Shown piece by piece: positions 47,200 to 60,620 of a stretch of 64,000 nt of DNA. The stretch is from Stegostoma tigrinum (Eukaryota). The notes under the pieces are model-generated. The model made no database searches and was not told the DNA's origin. It saw nothing but the letters and a program-made list of their open reading frames with translations. Location of the stretch: contig NC_081394.1 of NCBI RefSeq assembly GCF_030684315.1, positions 5,550,163-5,614,162 of the forward strand, written 5' to 3'. Within the stretch, counting starts at the first letter, position 1. Each line of letters opens with the position of its first letter. The position numbers and the translations under genes were made by a program.

Positions 47200-49170
47200 A
47201 GGAAGCCAAAAATCAATAGATGTGGAGCTGAAAAAAAAACAGCAGGTCAAACAGTATCCCAGAAGCAGGAAAGTCAATATTCCATGTTGAAACCCTGGGC
47301 GGGGGCAAGGGGAGCCCAGAAATAAATAGAGGGAGGTTCTGGGGCTGGGTGAAGGGTAGGTGAGATGGTTATAGGTGGATGCAAGCAGGGGGTTATAGGG
47401 TTTGGTCAGTGGGAAGGGCAGAGTAGTTAGGTGAGTAGGAAGATGGGCAGGTCAGGGAGGCGAGGAGCAGGGGGAGGGCTGGACATGGGATAAGGCTGGG
47501 AGGGTGGAGAAATTTTGAAGCTGGTGAAATCAATATTCAGGTCATTGGGTGGTAAGCTCTCAAGGTGAGACAGGTGGTGTTATTCTTCCAGTTTATGTTT
47601 GGCCTCACTCTGACAGTAGAGGATACCAGGGATGGACATGTTGGGAACAGGAGTGGCAACTGGAAGTTTGGATTACTTGATGCATGTGCAGTGCAGATGC
47701 TCTATAAACCTATCCTCAAGTCTGCATTTGGTCTCTCTGATATAGAAGTGACCACATCAGGAGCAATGGATACAATAGATCAGGTGGATGAAGTGCAGGT
47801 GAATCTCTGCTGCATCTGGAAGGATTGTTTGGGGCCTTGGACAGAAGTGAGAATCCCACAGCTACAATGACTACACCTCACCTCATCCACACTCCTGCAA
47901 GAATGCTATCCCATACTCTCAATTCCTTTGCCTCTGCTGCATCTACTCCCAGGATGAGGTGTTCTACTCCAGGATACCTGTCCGTCTTCCCTGGACTGAC
48001 CTATCCCCTCCCTACCTCCCCACCTACACCCTCTCCACCTATCTTCTTTACTCTCCATCTTCGGTCCGCCTCCCCCTCTCTCCCTATTTATTCCAGTTCC
48101 CTCCCCCCATCCCCCTCTCTGATGAAGGGTCTAGGCCCGAAACGTCAGCTTTTGTGCTCCTGAGATGCTGCTTGGCCTGCTGTGTTCATCCAGCCTCACA
48201 TTTTATTATCCCAGATATCCTCCTACTTTAGGGACTGTAGTTTCCTCATCTCTGTTATTAAGGATGCACTCAGCTGCATCACCTCCATTTCCTGCACATT
48301 TGCCCTTAAATCCCCTTCCCCCGAAAGCAATAATAGAAAGCAAATTACTCCTCACGTACAACCCCACCAACTTTGAAATCCAACGCATCATCCTCCAACA
48401 TTTCCGCCACCTACAATCTCAGCCCACCACCAAAGAGGTATTTGCCTCCTCACCCCGACAACTTTCCGCGGGGACCATTCATTCTGCAACTCTCTCTTCA
48501 GTGCTACACTCCACACTAACCTCTCCACAACACTCAGGACCTTTCCCTACGCTTCCCCCTCACCTCTGTCCAAGGTCCCAAACAATCCTTCCAGATCTGG
48601 CAGAGATACACCTGCACTTCATCCAACCAGATCTATGGTATCTATTGTTGCTCCCGATGCGGTCTCCTCTATATCGGAGATCCCAAACCCAGACTCAGGG
48701 ACCGTTTGCGGGGCATCTGTGCTCCACCACGCACCAACCAACCTTAACTTCTGGTTACCATCCATTTTAATTCCACCTCCCATTGCCTCCCATTGTCAGA
48801 ATGAGGCCACCTGGAACGCCTGCTACTTCATCTTACAGCCCAATGGCCTGAATATTGATTTCAACAGCTTTAAGGATCTCTCCACACCCAGCCTTGTCCC
48901 AAGTCCAGACCGTACCCATCTCCTCCTCAACTCCCTTACTTAAGCTGCCCATCGTCATATTCATATATCCACTCCACCCTTCCCACTGACTGAACCCAAT
49001 AACCCCATTACTGCATCTACCTTTCCACTATCCCTCCCCCAGCCCCACCCCTTATCCCTACATTTATTTCTGGGTTTCCCCACCCCCCTCCTCCCCAGTC
49101 ATGAAGAAAGGTTTCAGCCCAAAATGCTGGCTTGCCTGGTCTACAGATGCTGTCAGACCCGTTGTGGTTT
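47200..49170. mobile_element. Rearranged Penelope-like element fragments (minus about 47200-47860; plus about 47860-49170)
   Basis: DYTSSHPHSCKNAIP.SQFL.L..IYS, LLLTYNPTN..IQRIILQHFRHLQ, C.RCGLLYIG.PK.RL.DRFAGHL, LQPNGLNIDFNSFK; terminal block at 48110-48210. Confidence 0.8.
48117..48150 (+). ncRNA. Minimal hammerhead-ribozyme-like motif in a Penelope terminal repeat
   Basis: CTGATGA-AGGG TCTAGG CCC-GAAA-CGTC: both catalytic boxes, a stem II and a GUC triplet; stems I and III are very short. Confidence 0.55.
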
Positions 49171-49744
49171 TCCAGCTTCAAATTTAGTGACAGTGACTGG
49201 GAATGTGTGTTTTTCGGGTGCAATGGAATTACATTTTCATGGAAAAAGACAAATGTTACTTCAAAGCTGTATTTGTGGTAATTGGAGCTCCCACACCACC
49301 ACCCCACTCCCTACCACCAGGCACACTGAATGCAATAGGGTCATTCCCAGCCTCCTCCTTAGATTCTCACAATCTCTGATCCCAGTCTTCAGCCAATTCA
49401 AACCATTCCAAGTCATACGAGGGAGTTACTGCCTGTAGACAGCAGACCCACTGTTCATGCAGTGACCAGCAGAGACATTAAACATCAGACTGTGGACCCA
49501 ATCACATTAGTGCCAGCTTCTCTTTAATCACAGCTTGGAGCAAAAACAGGTAGAAAAATAAATATCCAAGATAAAAATACAGGAATGAAATATCCAACTC
49601 TAAAATATCCATATATTGAATGCTTACAAGTCTATCATTCTTTTGAAAATGATGACTACATGCTCTTGGAGCAAATACTTTAAATGGAAAAAATCTTGTT
49701 TAAATTTACAAGATATACCTGTACAATCAGTACGAATAGCTAGG

Positions 49745-50135
49745 ATAAAAACACCCACACAGACAGGGGGAGGAACAAAATGTGTGAACTCCACACAGAC
49801 AGTTGTCCAAGGCTGGAACCGAACCTGGGCCCCTGGCACTGTGAGGCAGCAGTGGTTAGCGCCAGGAACCTGGGATTCAATTCCACCAGTTGGGAAACTG
49901 TCTGTGTAGAGTTTACACATTCATCCTGTGTCCTTGTGGGTTTCCTCCAGGTGCTCCGGTTTCCTCCCACAGTCCTAGGATGAGCAGGCTAGGTGGATTG
50001 ACCATGCTAAATTACCGAAATTGACTAGGGATGTGTAGGTTAGGTGGGTTATAGGAGGATGGATCTTGGGGGGGATGTCTGAGGTCAGTGTGGACTTGTT
50101 GGGCCAAAAGTTCTGTTTTCACACCATAGGGATTC
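49745..50135. mobile_element. Two divergent (inverted) HE1-type SINE pieces
   Basis: Minus-strand 5' part at about 49745-49855 abuts a plus-strand copy at about 49850-50135. Confidence 0.8.
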
Positions 50136-50510
50136 AAGTCTTACAGGAGGCTACAGCCGAACAGGCCAGATGGACTGATCAGTGAACTCATGGAGATTAA
50201 ATATTTACAGTTTATTATAGACATACAATTTATATTAAATCTGGAATTAAATATACAGGAGATACATGTTGTTCAGATGTAGTTTCAATCTGTAAGCCAC
50301 CCAAAGTCAGATTTCTGGATGTAAAGCAGTTGCTCTCAATGATGTAGTACCTGGCTTTGCCCAGTAGATGCTGCTGCAGAGGGAGTTCTGGAGCCTCTTC
50401 ACATTCCCCACTGTGGGAACACCAGGGACTGCAGTGCATCAAGTCAACATGAGCAATAAATGGGACCCTGGCAGCATTACACACACTGAGAACAAGTTCA
50501 TGAATTCACT

Positions 50511-50785
50511 AGGGCGGCAGAGTGGCTCAGTGGTTAGCACTGCACCAGGGACCTGGGTTCGATTCCAGCCTCGGGCAACTGTGTGGAGTTTGCACGTTCT
50601 CCCTGTGTCTGTGTGGGTTTCCTCCGGGTGCTCCGGTTTCCTCCCACAGTCCAAAGATGTGCAGGCTAGGTGGACCGGCCGTGCTAAATTGCCCGTAGTG
50701 TTCAGGGGTGTGTGGGATGCTTCAAGGGGCAGCATGGACTTGTTGGGCTGAAGGGCCTGTTTCTACACTGTAGGGAATCTAATCA
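50511..50785 (+). mobile_element. HE1-type tRNA-derived SINE
   Basis: GGGCGGCAGAGTGGCTCAGTGGTTAGCAC (A box), GGTTCGATTCC (B box), core GTGTGGAGTTTGCAC..GGGTTTCCTCCGGGTGCTCCGG, AATCT tail. Confidence 0.9.
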
Positions 50786-51125
50786 CAAACCATCTGACAT
50801 TCCCATTCACTCATCAATGATAGTTTAGAAGTTGTTAGCTCTCAGGCAGTGAGCAATGGGTTACACCTTTAATGATGGTCCTGCATGACCCTCTCACTGG
50901 GTTTGGACACAGTCTGTTACAGTAACAATTGAATACACAGGATGAAATATTTGAACAGTTTTCTGGGAAAACACTTCCAATGTGATGCTCCATCCTGAGA
51001 TTACGCTGCTCAGAACTGTCTGTGCAAAGTGGGAAGTGATTATTGATCCAAATCCTGTGCTCAGACTTTCCACTGAGGAATCACTCGATCCCCACGGACT
51101 GACCCAGGCTCAGTGCAGTAGAAAC

Positions 51126-54100
51126 TCAGTTAGTGACGCACAGCCCCCTTCAGCAGAAGGCTTTGTTCTCCAGCCGCGCCATCCTGATGCTCAGGGCTCT
51201 GTGCCTCACCTGAAAGATTCACCTTTGTCACGGGGGCACATTTTGAGGCTTCATTTTGATCACTGGAGTGTTGGTTTTGACAACAATCCCTAGGAGAGAG
51301 AAAACAGCAGGTTCCAGGTTAAAACAAACCAACACTTTGGACATGTGGTAAAGGTGCTGATCAGGAGTACAGACCCACTATACAACACCCACCTTACTGG
51401 GGAGTAGTTTCTCAAGGTGACTTGTCGCTGCTGTGTTGGAGGCGAGTCTGGGTTCCTGACAGAATCATGGAGACAGCGAAGGCTACATCAGCATGCTGGG
51501 CATGAAACAGACTCATGGCAGCCGTGGAGTGGAGTTTGGGTCGCTGGCTGTATTGGTACAGGACCCACAGTGGCCTGGACACCAGCGGGGGTGAGATGGT
51601 TCCCAAGGTGGCACAGTGTACCGGACATGTAGCTGTCCACCTGGTCCATGGCCCTTGGTGGAGCACTTAACAAGGAGGACAGTAAAGTTGAATACTTCTG
51701 CTTTATTTCTTTATTCTTCTGCCTTTATATTCTATGTTTTTGGTTAATTCTCTGTGATTGGCAACACTATACAACTCTTCACTATATTTTGTAACAGCAT
51801 ACTCATGTCAATTGATAATTCAAATAAAATCAGTGTCTGAACCCTCGATGCCTGGGATAATGGGGGAGGTTTGAGCAATAACTTAGTGTCAAAAGTCCAA
51901 GAAAAAGTCCTGCACGTGCAGGAGAAGACCTAGAGGGGAGAGACACAGACAAAGCAGGTTTAGGTTGTAAATTGCTGAGCCTCAGAGCCAGGCAGCTGAA
52001 GGCACAGCCACTAACAGGGGAACAATGAAAATCTCAGGGATACAGGAGCACAGAGATCTGAGGGCTGTACAGCTGAGGATGGGAATGTTCAAATCTCTAC
52101 ATCTCATTGTTAAATAGATTTAACTCTATCGCACCCTCAACCACACAAAGTATAAACTTGAACCAGTTTATCCCTGTTTACAGCCTCTGTATCCTCCTCA
52201 TAGTTTGCTTTCCCACTGAGCTCTGTATCGTCAGCAAGCTGAGACAATTCCACTCTATGCCCCCATCTCAGTCGCTGATATAGACTGAGAGTCACTGAGA
52301 TCCCAGCACTGATCCTTGCAGCACTAGTAACATCCTGATAACTGAAAGTGACCCATTTGTTCCGGCTCTCCTTGTCCTTTAACTAATCTTCAATCTATTA
52401 CCGTTGAGCCCTCATCCTGTAGCACTACCCACTTTTGAATTCCTCCAGAAATTCCCAATCCAAACCCCATCCTCTGGTTCTCCAGTGGGATAATATTTGC
52501 TCCTTTCCAGTCCACGGGGACTGTTCAGCAACAAGAGGATGACAAGCTGGAAGTGACTGGAAGATGCTGCTCAATGACAGACTGGATTGAAGCATCCTCA
52601 CAGCTCAAGGAATGGACAGGGACAGAGCTCAGCAACATTTTACACAGTGTTATACAAAGATGAAAGAGTTATAATGGAAATTGTGGAATATTCCACAACT
52701 CACCATCTGTTTTGTTTTAGAACGACATAAACCCCAATTGCAATGAAGACAACAATAATGGTAGCAATTCCGATTCCCAATCCAACTTTTGCTCTAGTGG
52801 AGAATCCAGGACCTAGAGACAGAATAAAGCCAGGAATAGACTGGGACACACGGTCAAAACAGAGATCTTCAGCACCTAGTGTTTCGCAACCAGCCCCAGC
52901 ACAACCAGATTCCTGGTTCATTCTAGTCGTGGAGGAATGTGGGAGGTTAGATCCAAATAATCACACATGCACACAAGACCACCCCACACCTCCTTGTACA
53001 CACACACACTGCCTCACAACACAATCAATGCATGCTTTTCAACAGGGGTAGCTGGCTACTGACCAGATGCTGTTTCCTTTCATTCAATCCAAACATTTCC
53101 TGAAATTACTTTAATTTTCAAATAGATTTTTCTGTTGAAGATCCTACAGAATTGATGACAACATGTTTGACACCCTGGTCAATATCGTACTCCACTACCT
53201 TGATTGCAGGACTGCCTCCTCCAGACTATCACTGTGCCCTCACCTCTGGTGGGCCTGTCCTTCTAATGGGACAGGACATACCCAGGGATGGTGATAGGGG
53301 AGTTCAGGATGTTGCATTATTTCTGTCAGCGTGACTATGTCCCACTGTCTCCCAAGTTGGACCCCAGTTCCTAGGTGTTAGTGAGGGGCAGTTTGCAGGG
53401 TCAGCGGGGCTGGGTGTTCATTGCATCATTTGACGCCTGGCTCATAGCCAATAATCCATTCCATTTTATTGTAGATTTTTCTGTGTAGGGATTTGATAAA
53501 AACTGATTGATGTGCTCAGACAATTAAAGAGGGCAGTCAAATGTCCTCCAGGTTAATGTGGGACTGGAGTCACATAGACCAGACCATGTAAGGACGACAG
53601 GTTTCCTTCCCTTAAGAGACATGAGTGAACCAGCTCGAGTTTTACAACAGCTTCATAAACACTTTTGGGACCAAATCTCTATTTCCAGATTTTTCTAGAA
53701 TAAACTGACTTTAAAATGTAAAACAGCCTCTGATCTTTAACTTATGGCTGTGGGAAGATTAAAGCTCAGGGTTGTAATGTTTCTAATGACAGTGCAGTGA
53801 AGTGTACATGACAGATTTTGTGAACTGGAACCAGCACAGAGCAACACATGGAAATACGAAATCTCAACAAGATGAGAAAATGCCCTTCATCCCCGGGACT
53901 GGTTGGAAGGGCAGGTTACACCCGGATCAATATTACTCTCCACTGATTTCAACCAGCATCGCTCCCAATCCCATCAGTTTTCCCATAGGAGGGGTCTGGT
54001 AAAATTGCACTAAGATTCTCCATACAGAATTCCTGAAACACTAGTGCTAGAGGGAAGCCGGAATCCTCAAAGTTGTGTATCCGACGGACATGAAGGAGGG

Positions 54101-57100
54101 TCACAGAAACAGAGGTAACAATTAAGGGTGTTTAAGGATCAGTTCTAGGTAATGGTAACCCACACCACTCACTCTCAGAGTCATTCTTTGGCAAAATATC
54201 ACAGCATTTCAAACTTTCCAATGTCGCTCCCTGTCTATCCAGCATGATCAAATCTAAGCTGAAAACACATGCAATATTTTAGACACAGATTTACAGGTGT
54301 GTTCGGTCCAACTGTAGGAGCTCGCTCTAAAGAAAACATTGAGTATTGAGTACAGTGTGTGAAACAAACTGCAGAACTGTTTACAGACTCTATGGTGCTT
54401 TAGGGAAGCACATCCAGGGAGGAACGAGGCTCAGGTAAAACTGATCAGGAACAGGATTAGGAATGAAGATTCCAACAGGATTGCTTTAACTTTGATGGGT
54501 AGAATGGAAGTTTTCCAGGGTTTCCCTGAGCAGGATCATTCCCAGCAGATTACATCCCCCTGTGGGGACAATCCTCATGGAATCCTGGGCCGACGGGATA
54601 CACTTTCAAGCTCAGTGCACTGGGTCTTGTAAAGGCTGCTTGGGAGGTGCTGTGCGTCCCACCTTCTGCAGACTAACCTCTAGAGATAGAAGAGCCATGT
54701 TTCTGGGGAGGAAATGCAGGTTCTCACACCGATAACCCCTTCCAACACCCAGTTTGGTAATTCCGTCCTTCAGAGCTCAGCCAGCTCACACAGTGGGGTT
54801 TATTACTGAGTGACCCTTGGGGATGGACAGGGAAGAGCCACTCAGTAGATTCAGTGTCTCCGTGACCCTCAGTGCTTCCTCCAAGAGATGGTGAACATTG
54901 TGGGGCACACATTCATCACCTAGCGGGGAGCAGGAGGTGAGAATCAGCAGGAGCTTTCCAGGCCCATGTTTGACTCGAGGTTGACACAGACTCATGGGGG
55001 GTTTCGAGTTAACGTTGAGAAGACCTATCACTTCTCCTACCTGACTGTATCCCACTGGTGTGATCAGAAGCAGTTGTGGCAGTTCAGTTCGGGGTGTACA
55101 GGGAATCCTGTGCGTGTGGCACTGCCAACATACAGACACCAGACCCGAGATGTTAGTGGCAGGTCCATGCAGAGTTGTCTGGGCTGATCGCGTGTTTGTT
55201 ATTTCCTGATTCAATCCCTGGGTCACAGCCAGTGATCTGTTCACGTTTATTCCTGTTCCTCTTTGTAATCGGGAGATAGAAACCCACTGCCCTCTAATGA
55301 GGTTTGGCAAGTCAGCTAACTGCCCCCTAGGTGAATGTGGGACTGGAGTCACATGTGGACCAAACCAAGAAAGGACAGCAGGTTTTCTTCCCTAAAAGGG
55401 CCAGTCAGGGATTTACAACAATCTAACAGCATCATGGTCACTTACTAGGGACCAATTTTCTACTTCCAGATTTTTCTGTGAATATATAATTTAGACTGTG
55501 TAAGAATGCCGTAACCCCTGCACAAACACAGACGAAGAGATTTGTTTCGATACTGAATATCTTAAGGAGATAGCTCTCACCTCTTACAAAGAGATAGACA
55601 AAACCAGAATGCTCCAAAGAAAAATGCACACCCGTTCTATTTGAATCCAACACTGGTACTCATCTTGGTCTGACTCTCCAAGGTCAGAGATCAGAACTGA
55701 CCAGTTGCCATGTTGCAGCTGATCTTTGAACAGGTTTGTCCCGTTTCGGAACCGTGGTTCTTGTTTTCTCAAATCTTCATTTCCGTTGAAAAATTCACAT
55801 AACACTTCGTCCTCGAGTGTCCTCCATATCACCCATAAGTCTGAGACTGGGACATTCCCCTTGTAGGTACAGGGCAGCATAACCTGATCCCCAGTGAACC
55901 CAGAAACCGGGACAGGCAAGTCACCTGGAAAAGAGTTAAAGCATTCATCCACAGATACAACCTCCCTGCTAATACATTCCATCTCAAGCTTCTCATGGTC
56001 ACACTGATGCTGAGTTTATCAGGAGCACTGATCAGTAACTCAGTGCTTTCATTTCTGTGGGAAGATTAAAGCTGAGCTATGCAGGAACCTCAACTGAAAG
56101 CTTGTGCTGGATATTTGTCAGGACTGAGCAGGTGGCCAGCACTTTGAATCAAGTCTTCCATTTGCACACACTGGGATAGGAGGGAGGGAAGATGTGCGAT
56201 GGGAGGTAGAGTTAGGAGCAAAACACGGAAATATCAACTTAGAAACCGGTGGGGTTGAGGGTGGAAGTGGAAGTGCAACTGAGAATGTGCAGAGAGTTGG
56301 GGACAGGTTGTGTGCACTCAGAATTTCACTGATGACCCAGGGCCTAGTCCCCACTCCCACTCTGAGACAATTCCCATCTCCATTTGATTCCAGGACTTTC
56401 CTGGATTCCTGATCACGGTGGCTCAGCGGTTAGCACTGCAGCCTCACAGTGCCAGGGTTCAATTCCAGCCTCGGTTGGTTGTCTGTGTGGACTTTGCACG
56501 TTCTTCCCTTGTCTGCGTGGGTTTCCTCCGGATGCTCCGGTTTCCTCCCACTGTCCAAAGATGTGCAGGCTAGGTGGATGGGCCGTGCTAAATTGCCCGT
56601 AGTGTTCAGGGAGTGTGGGTTATAGGGGGATGGGTCTGGGTCGGATGCTTCAAGGGGCGGTGTGGACTTGTTGGGCCAAAGGGCCTGTTTCCACACTGTT
56701 GGGAATCTAATCTAATCTAATCCCAGTGCTCAGGGCCTACTCTGTCAACCCTGCGTCACAGTGTTGCTCAGTGCCCAGACGCCACTGTTCCCATCCCAGG
56801 GGTTAATCTGAATATACTAAGTGCCTTCCTTATGGCTCTGTCTCATGATCATGGTGTGGGATGTGAACCGACTGTACCCACTCCCTCAATGGCTCCACCT
56901 GCAGTTTACACCTTAAAGCAGGATAAATTCCTGATTCCCCTCACACCATTTAAATGTCCCAGCACTGACCTGGAACAGCAGCAGTAACATTTAGCAGCAG
57001 CAGGAGTAGTTTCAGCGAGTACTGTCCCTGCAACAAGAAAACACAGTGAACCCCTTTCCCAACAGATTCACCGCTGCGGACGTTCTCCCCGAATTCTCTC

Positions 57101-57235
57101 CCCACCCCTCCCTGTGTGGTGGGGTAGGGGGAGGCAAGTCGGTACCTGCAGCTTCTGAACATCCACTTCCTCGGCCGGCAACAGTTTGCCCGCAGCCTTC
57201 CAGAGCCTGAGGCCGGGAAGTTGGAAATCTCTCAT
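51126..57235 (-). pseudogene. Gene D: complete-structure B7-like single-IgV paralogue with two frame-breaking lesions; exons 57235-57146, 57027-56970, 55924-55581, 54326-54295, 52812-52704, 51289-51126
   Basis: GQYSLKLLLLLLNVTAAVP|GDLPVPVSGFTGDQVMLPCTYKGNVPVSDLWVIW..NGTNLFKDQLQHGNWSVLISDLGESDQDEYQCWI fs NRTGVHFSLEHSGFVYLFVR|ERAPTVGPNTP|GPGFSTRAKVGLGIGIATIIVVFIAIGVYVVLKQNRW|DCCQNQHSSDQNEASK..EQSLLLKGLCVTN*; IgV exon 344 nt (345 in C), stalk exon 32 nt (39 in C). Confidence 0.85.
56413..56722 (+). mobile_element. HE1-type SINE in an intron of gene D
   Basis: A/B boxes, conserved core, (AATCT)n tail. Confidence 0.9.
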
Positions 57236-57429
57236 GCTGTCTGCCTGCAGAGAAAACCCGGGGAGTGAGGGATCTTTGCCTCAAAGCTGCCCCTCCCCTG
57301 AAGGGATTGGAGTGAGACAACGATCCGAGCGGGGACTCCCGGAAAAGCCGGGGGATGGGGGTGTACAGGGGTGACCCATCTCGTTTTACTCTGTACAATA
57401 TGGGTGAGTCGAAATAAGAACGATCCGGA

Positions 57430-58190
57430 TACAATATGGGAGATAGTAAGAACTGCCGATGCTGGAGTCAGAGATAACACAGAGATAATGGGAACTGCAG
57501 ATGCTGGAGAATCCGAGAAAACAAAGTGTGGAGCTGGATGAACACAGCAGGCCAAGCAGCACCTCAGGAGCACAAAAGCTGACGTTTCGGGCCTAGACCC
57601 TTCATCAGAAAAGGGAGATTGGGAAGAGAATTCTGAAATAAATAGGGAGAGAGGGGGAGGCGGTCCGAAGATGGATACAGGAGAAGATAGGTGGAGAGGA
57701 GAGTATAGGTGGGGAGGTAGGGAGGGGACAGGTCAGTCCGGGGAGGACGGACAGGTCAAGGGGGTGGGATGAGGTTAGTAGGTAGGAGATGGAGGTGCGG
57801 CTTGAGGTGTGAGGAGGGGAGAGGTTAGAGGAAGGACAGGTTAGGGAGGCGGGGATGAGCTGGGCTGGCTTTGGGATGCAGTGGTGGGAGGGGAGATTTT
57901 GGTGGGAGGGGAGATTTTGAAGCTTGTGAAGTCCACATTGATACCATTGGGCTGCAGGGTTCCCAAGCGGAATAGGAGTTGCTGTTCCTGCGACCTTCGG
58001 GTGGCATCATTGTGGCACTGCAGGAGGCCCAGGATGGACATGTCATCTAAGGAATGGGAGGGGGAGTGGAAATGGTTTGCGACTGGGAGGTGCAGTTGTT
58101 TATTGCGAACCGAGCGGAGGTGTTCTGCAAAGCGGTCCCCAAGCCTCCGTTTGGTTTCCCAAATGTACAGGAAGCCACAACAGGTACAGC
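57430..58190 (-). mobile_element. Penelope-like element 3' part: GIY-YIG endonuclease and terminal repeat
   Basis: RCTCCGFLYIWETKRRLGDRFAEHLRSVR..PVANHF..RRSQEQQLLFRLGTLQPNGINVDF. Confidence 0.9.
57578..57610 (-). ncRNA. Minimal hammerhead-ribozyme-like motif (second copy)
   Basis: Reverse complement reads CTGATGAAGGGTCTAGGCCCGAAACGTCAGC, identical core to 48119-48149. Confidence 0.55.
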
Positions 58191-58339
58191 GGAAAGAATC
58201 GCTGTCTACAATAAATCTGACTTTATTTCCCCCCCACACAAGCTGCCAAACCTGCTGAATGTTTACAGCAACTTCTGTTTCGTCCCTGATTTACAGCATC
58301 TGCAATTCTTTTGGGGTTTTTTGCCATCTAGATGCGACA

Positions 58340-58960
58340 GTCAAAAAGCCACAACAATGCCTCTTTGAGGACAATGTCAATGAGGACAGGGGGCTCAGGA
58401 AATTGGCATGACCCCATAATGACCCTCATCAGATACTCCGTGGAAAACATACTGTCCGGGTCCATAATGGTCTGGTACGGCAACTGCTCTGCCCAGGACT
58501 GTAAGAAACTACAGAACATGGTGTCCGCAGCCCAGACCATCACGGAAGCCAACGTTCCATCCACAGACATAACAAGGTGTGGAGCTGGATGAACACAGCA
58601 GGCCAGGCAGCATCAGAGGAGCAGGAAGACTGACATCTCAGGCCATTTCTGAAGAAGGGTCCAGGCCCGAAATGTCAGCCTTCCTGCTCCTCTGATGCTG
58701 CTTGGCCTGCTGTGTTCATCCAGCTCTACACCTTGTTATCTCAGATTCTCCAGCATCTGCAGTTCCTACTATCTCTGAAATAATTCCATCCTTAGATTCC
58801 ATTTACACCTCTCGCTACTGCGGAAAGGCAGCCAACGTCATCAAAGACTCATGGCATCCCAGTAATGATTGGCAGAAGATACAGAAGCCTGAACACATGC
58901 ACAAGCAGATTCACGAACAACTTCTTCTCAGCCATTATCAGTCTGATGAACGGACTCGCT
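58340..58960 (+). mobile_element. Rex1/Babar-like LINE fragment interrupted by a Penelope-derived hairpin (about 58568-58775)
   Basis: RYSVENILSGSIMVWYGNCSAQDCKKLQNMVSAAQTITEANVPS, resuming IPSLDSIYTSRYCGKAANVIKDSWHP after the insert. Confidence 0.75.
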
Positions 58961-59159
58961 AGCCTCAAATAATGCTGATGTTGCAAACGTTGATCTTGCC
59001 TGGTGTACACCCTGTGCAGTGTAAACTATATGCTTCTATCTAGGTCGTTTTCGATCTGTACATCCTTTCTTACTATGATCAGCCTGTCCCGCGCATAAAC
59101 AAAGCTTTTCCTTGTACTTCAGTATACATCGCAATAAATCGATCAAAGGTCTGACAGAT

Positions 59160-60620
59160 GAAGACATGTATGTTAAATGCCTTGTTAACCACTCTATCCC
59201 CCTGTTGCAAACTTCAAAGAATTATGTACCCGAATCCCTCGGTGTCTCTGTTCTACAATACTAGCCAGGGCCCTACAATTAATTGTGTAATTGTACAATT
59301 AATTCCTGTCCTTGTTTGTTTTACGAAAATGTTATATTTTGCTTTTGTCCAAATTAAACTCCATCTGCCATTCCTCAGCCCATTGACCCAATTTATCAAG
59401 ATGTCTTTGCAATCTTAGATAACCTTTTTCACTGCCCTCTATGTTGCCAATTTTGGTGTCATCCACAAACTTACTGCCCATGCGGGGCAGTACGGTGGCT
59501 CAGTCATTAGCACTACAGCCTCACAGCACCAGGGACCTGGGTTCAATTGTAGCCTCAGGCAACTGTCTGTGTGGAGTTTGCACATTCTCCCCGTGTCTAC
59601 ATGGGTTTCCTCCAGTTTCCTCCCACTGTCCAAAGATGTGCAGGCTAGGTGGACTGGCTATGCTAAATTGCCCATAGTGTTCAGGGGTGTGTGGGTTATA
59701 GAGGGATGGGTCTGGGTGGGATGCTACAAGAGACAGTGTTGGCTTATTGGGCCAAAGGGCCTGTTTCCACAATGTAGGGAATTTAATCATGCCTTCTATA
59801 TTCTCACCTAAATCATTTATATAATTAATGAAGCAAGCATTCAAAATTCTTTCTCAACCACAATGTCTACATGTGAAGCAAACTTCAATGTACAAACTCC
59901 ATCTGCCACTCCTCAGCCCATTGATCCAATTGATCATGATCTTCTTGTAATCTTAAATAACCTTCTTCACTGTGTGCTCTGCCACTAACCTTGGTATAAT
60001 CTGCAAACTTACTAACCATTGCCTCCTATATCCTCATCCAAATTGTCTATATGAAATATGCACCCAATACCAATCCCTGTAGAACACCACTGGTCACAGG
60101 CCTCCAGTCTGAAAAACAGCTTTCCACCACTACCTTTTGCCTTCTACCTTCGAGACAATTTTGTATCCCACTGGTAAACTCATCCTGAATCCCACGTGAC
60201 CTAACTTTAATAATTAGTGTACCATGCGGAACCTTATTAAAGGTTTTACTAAAGTCGATGAAAACAATGCCTACCGCTCTGCCTTCATCGATCTTTTTGG
60301 TTATTTCCTTAAAAAAACTTGATCAAATTTGTGAGACACAATTTCCATCCCACAAAACCATGCTGAATATCCTTAATCAGTCCTCATTGCTCCAAATGCA
60401 TGTAAATCCTTTCCTACAGAATCACCTCCAACAACTTCACTCACCACTGATGTCAGACTCACTGGCCCATAGTACCCAGGCTTCTCCTTACAGCCTTTCT
60501 TCAATAAGGACACAACACTGGCCACCCCTAATCCTCCGGCACCTCACTCGCGGTTCTAGATTAAATGAATATTTTGGCCAGGGGCCCACAATTTTTTCCC
60601 AAACTTCCCACAACTTAATC
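59160..60620 (-). mobile_element. CR1-like LINE fragments with a nested HE1 SINE (about 59483-59785, +)
   Basis: Reverse complement of RT region (INYINDLGENIEGMI, DDTKIG, DFSKTFNKVPHG); SINE with A/B boxes. Confidence 0.8.

Noticed and set aside
48165-48770. 201-aa ORF, the longest in the track
   Set aside because: Frameshifted read-through of Penelope-like debris, not a host gene
50511-50580. tRNA gene (A and B boxes)
   Set aside because: Continues into the HE1 SINE core; multiple decayed copies in the window
54786-55352. 188-aa minus-strand ORF
   Set aside because: Lies in an intron of gene D over probable LINE remnants; no coherent domain or splice support
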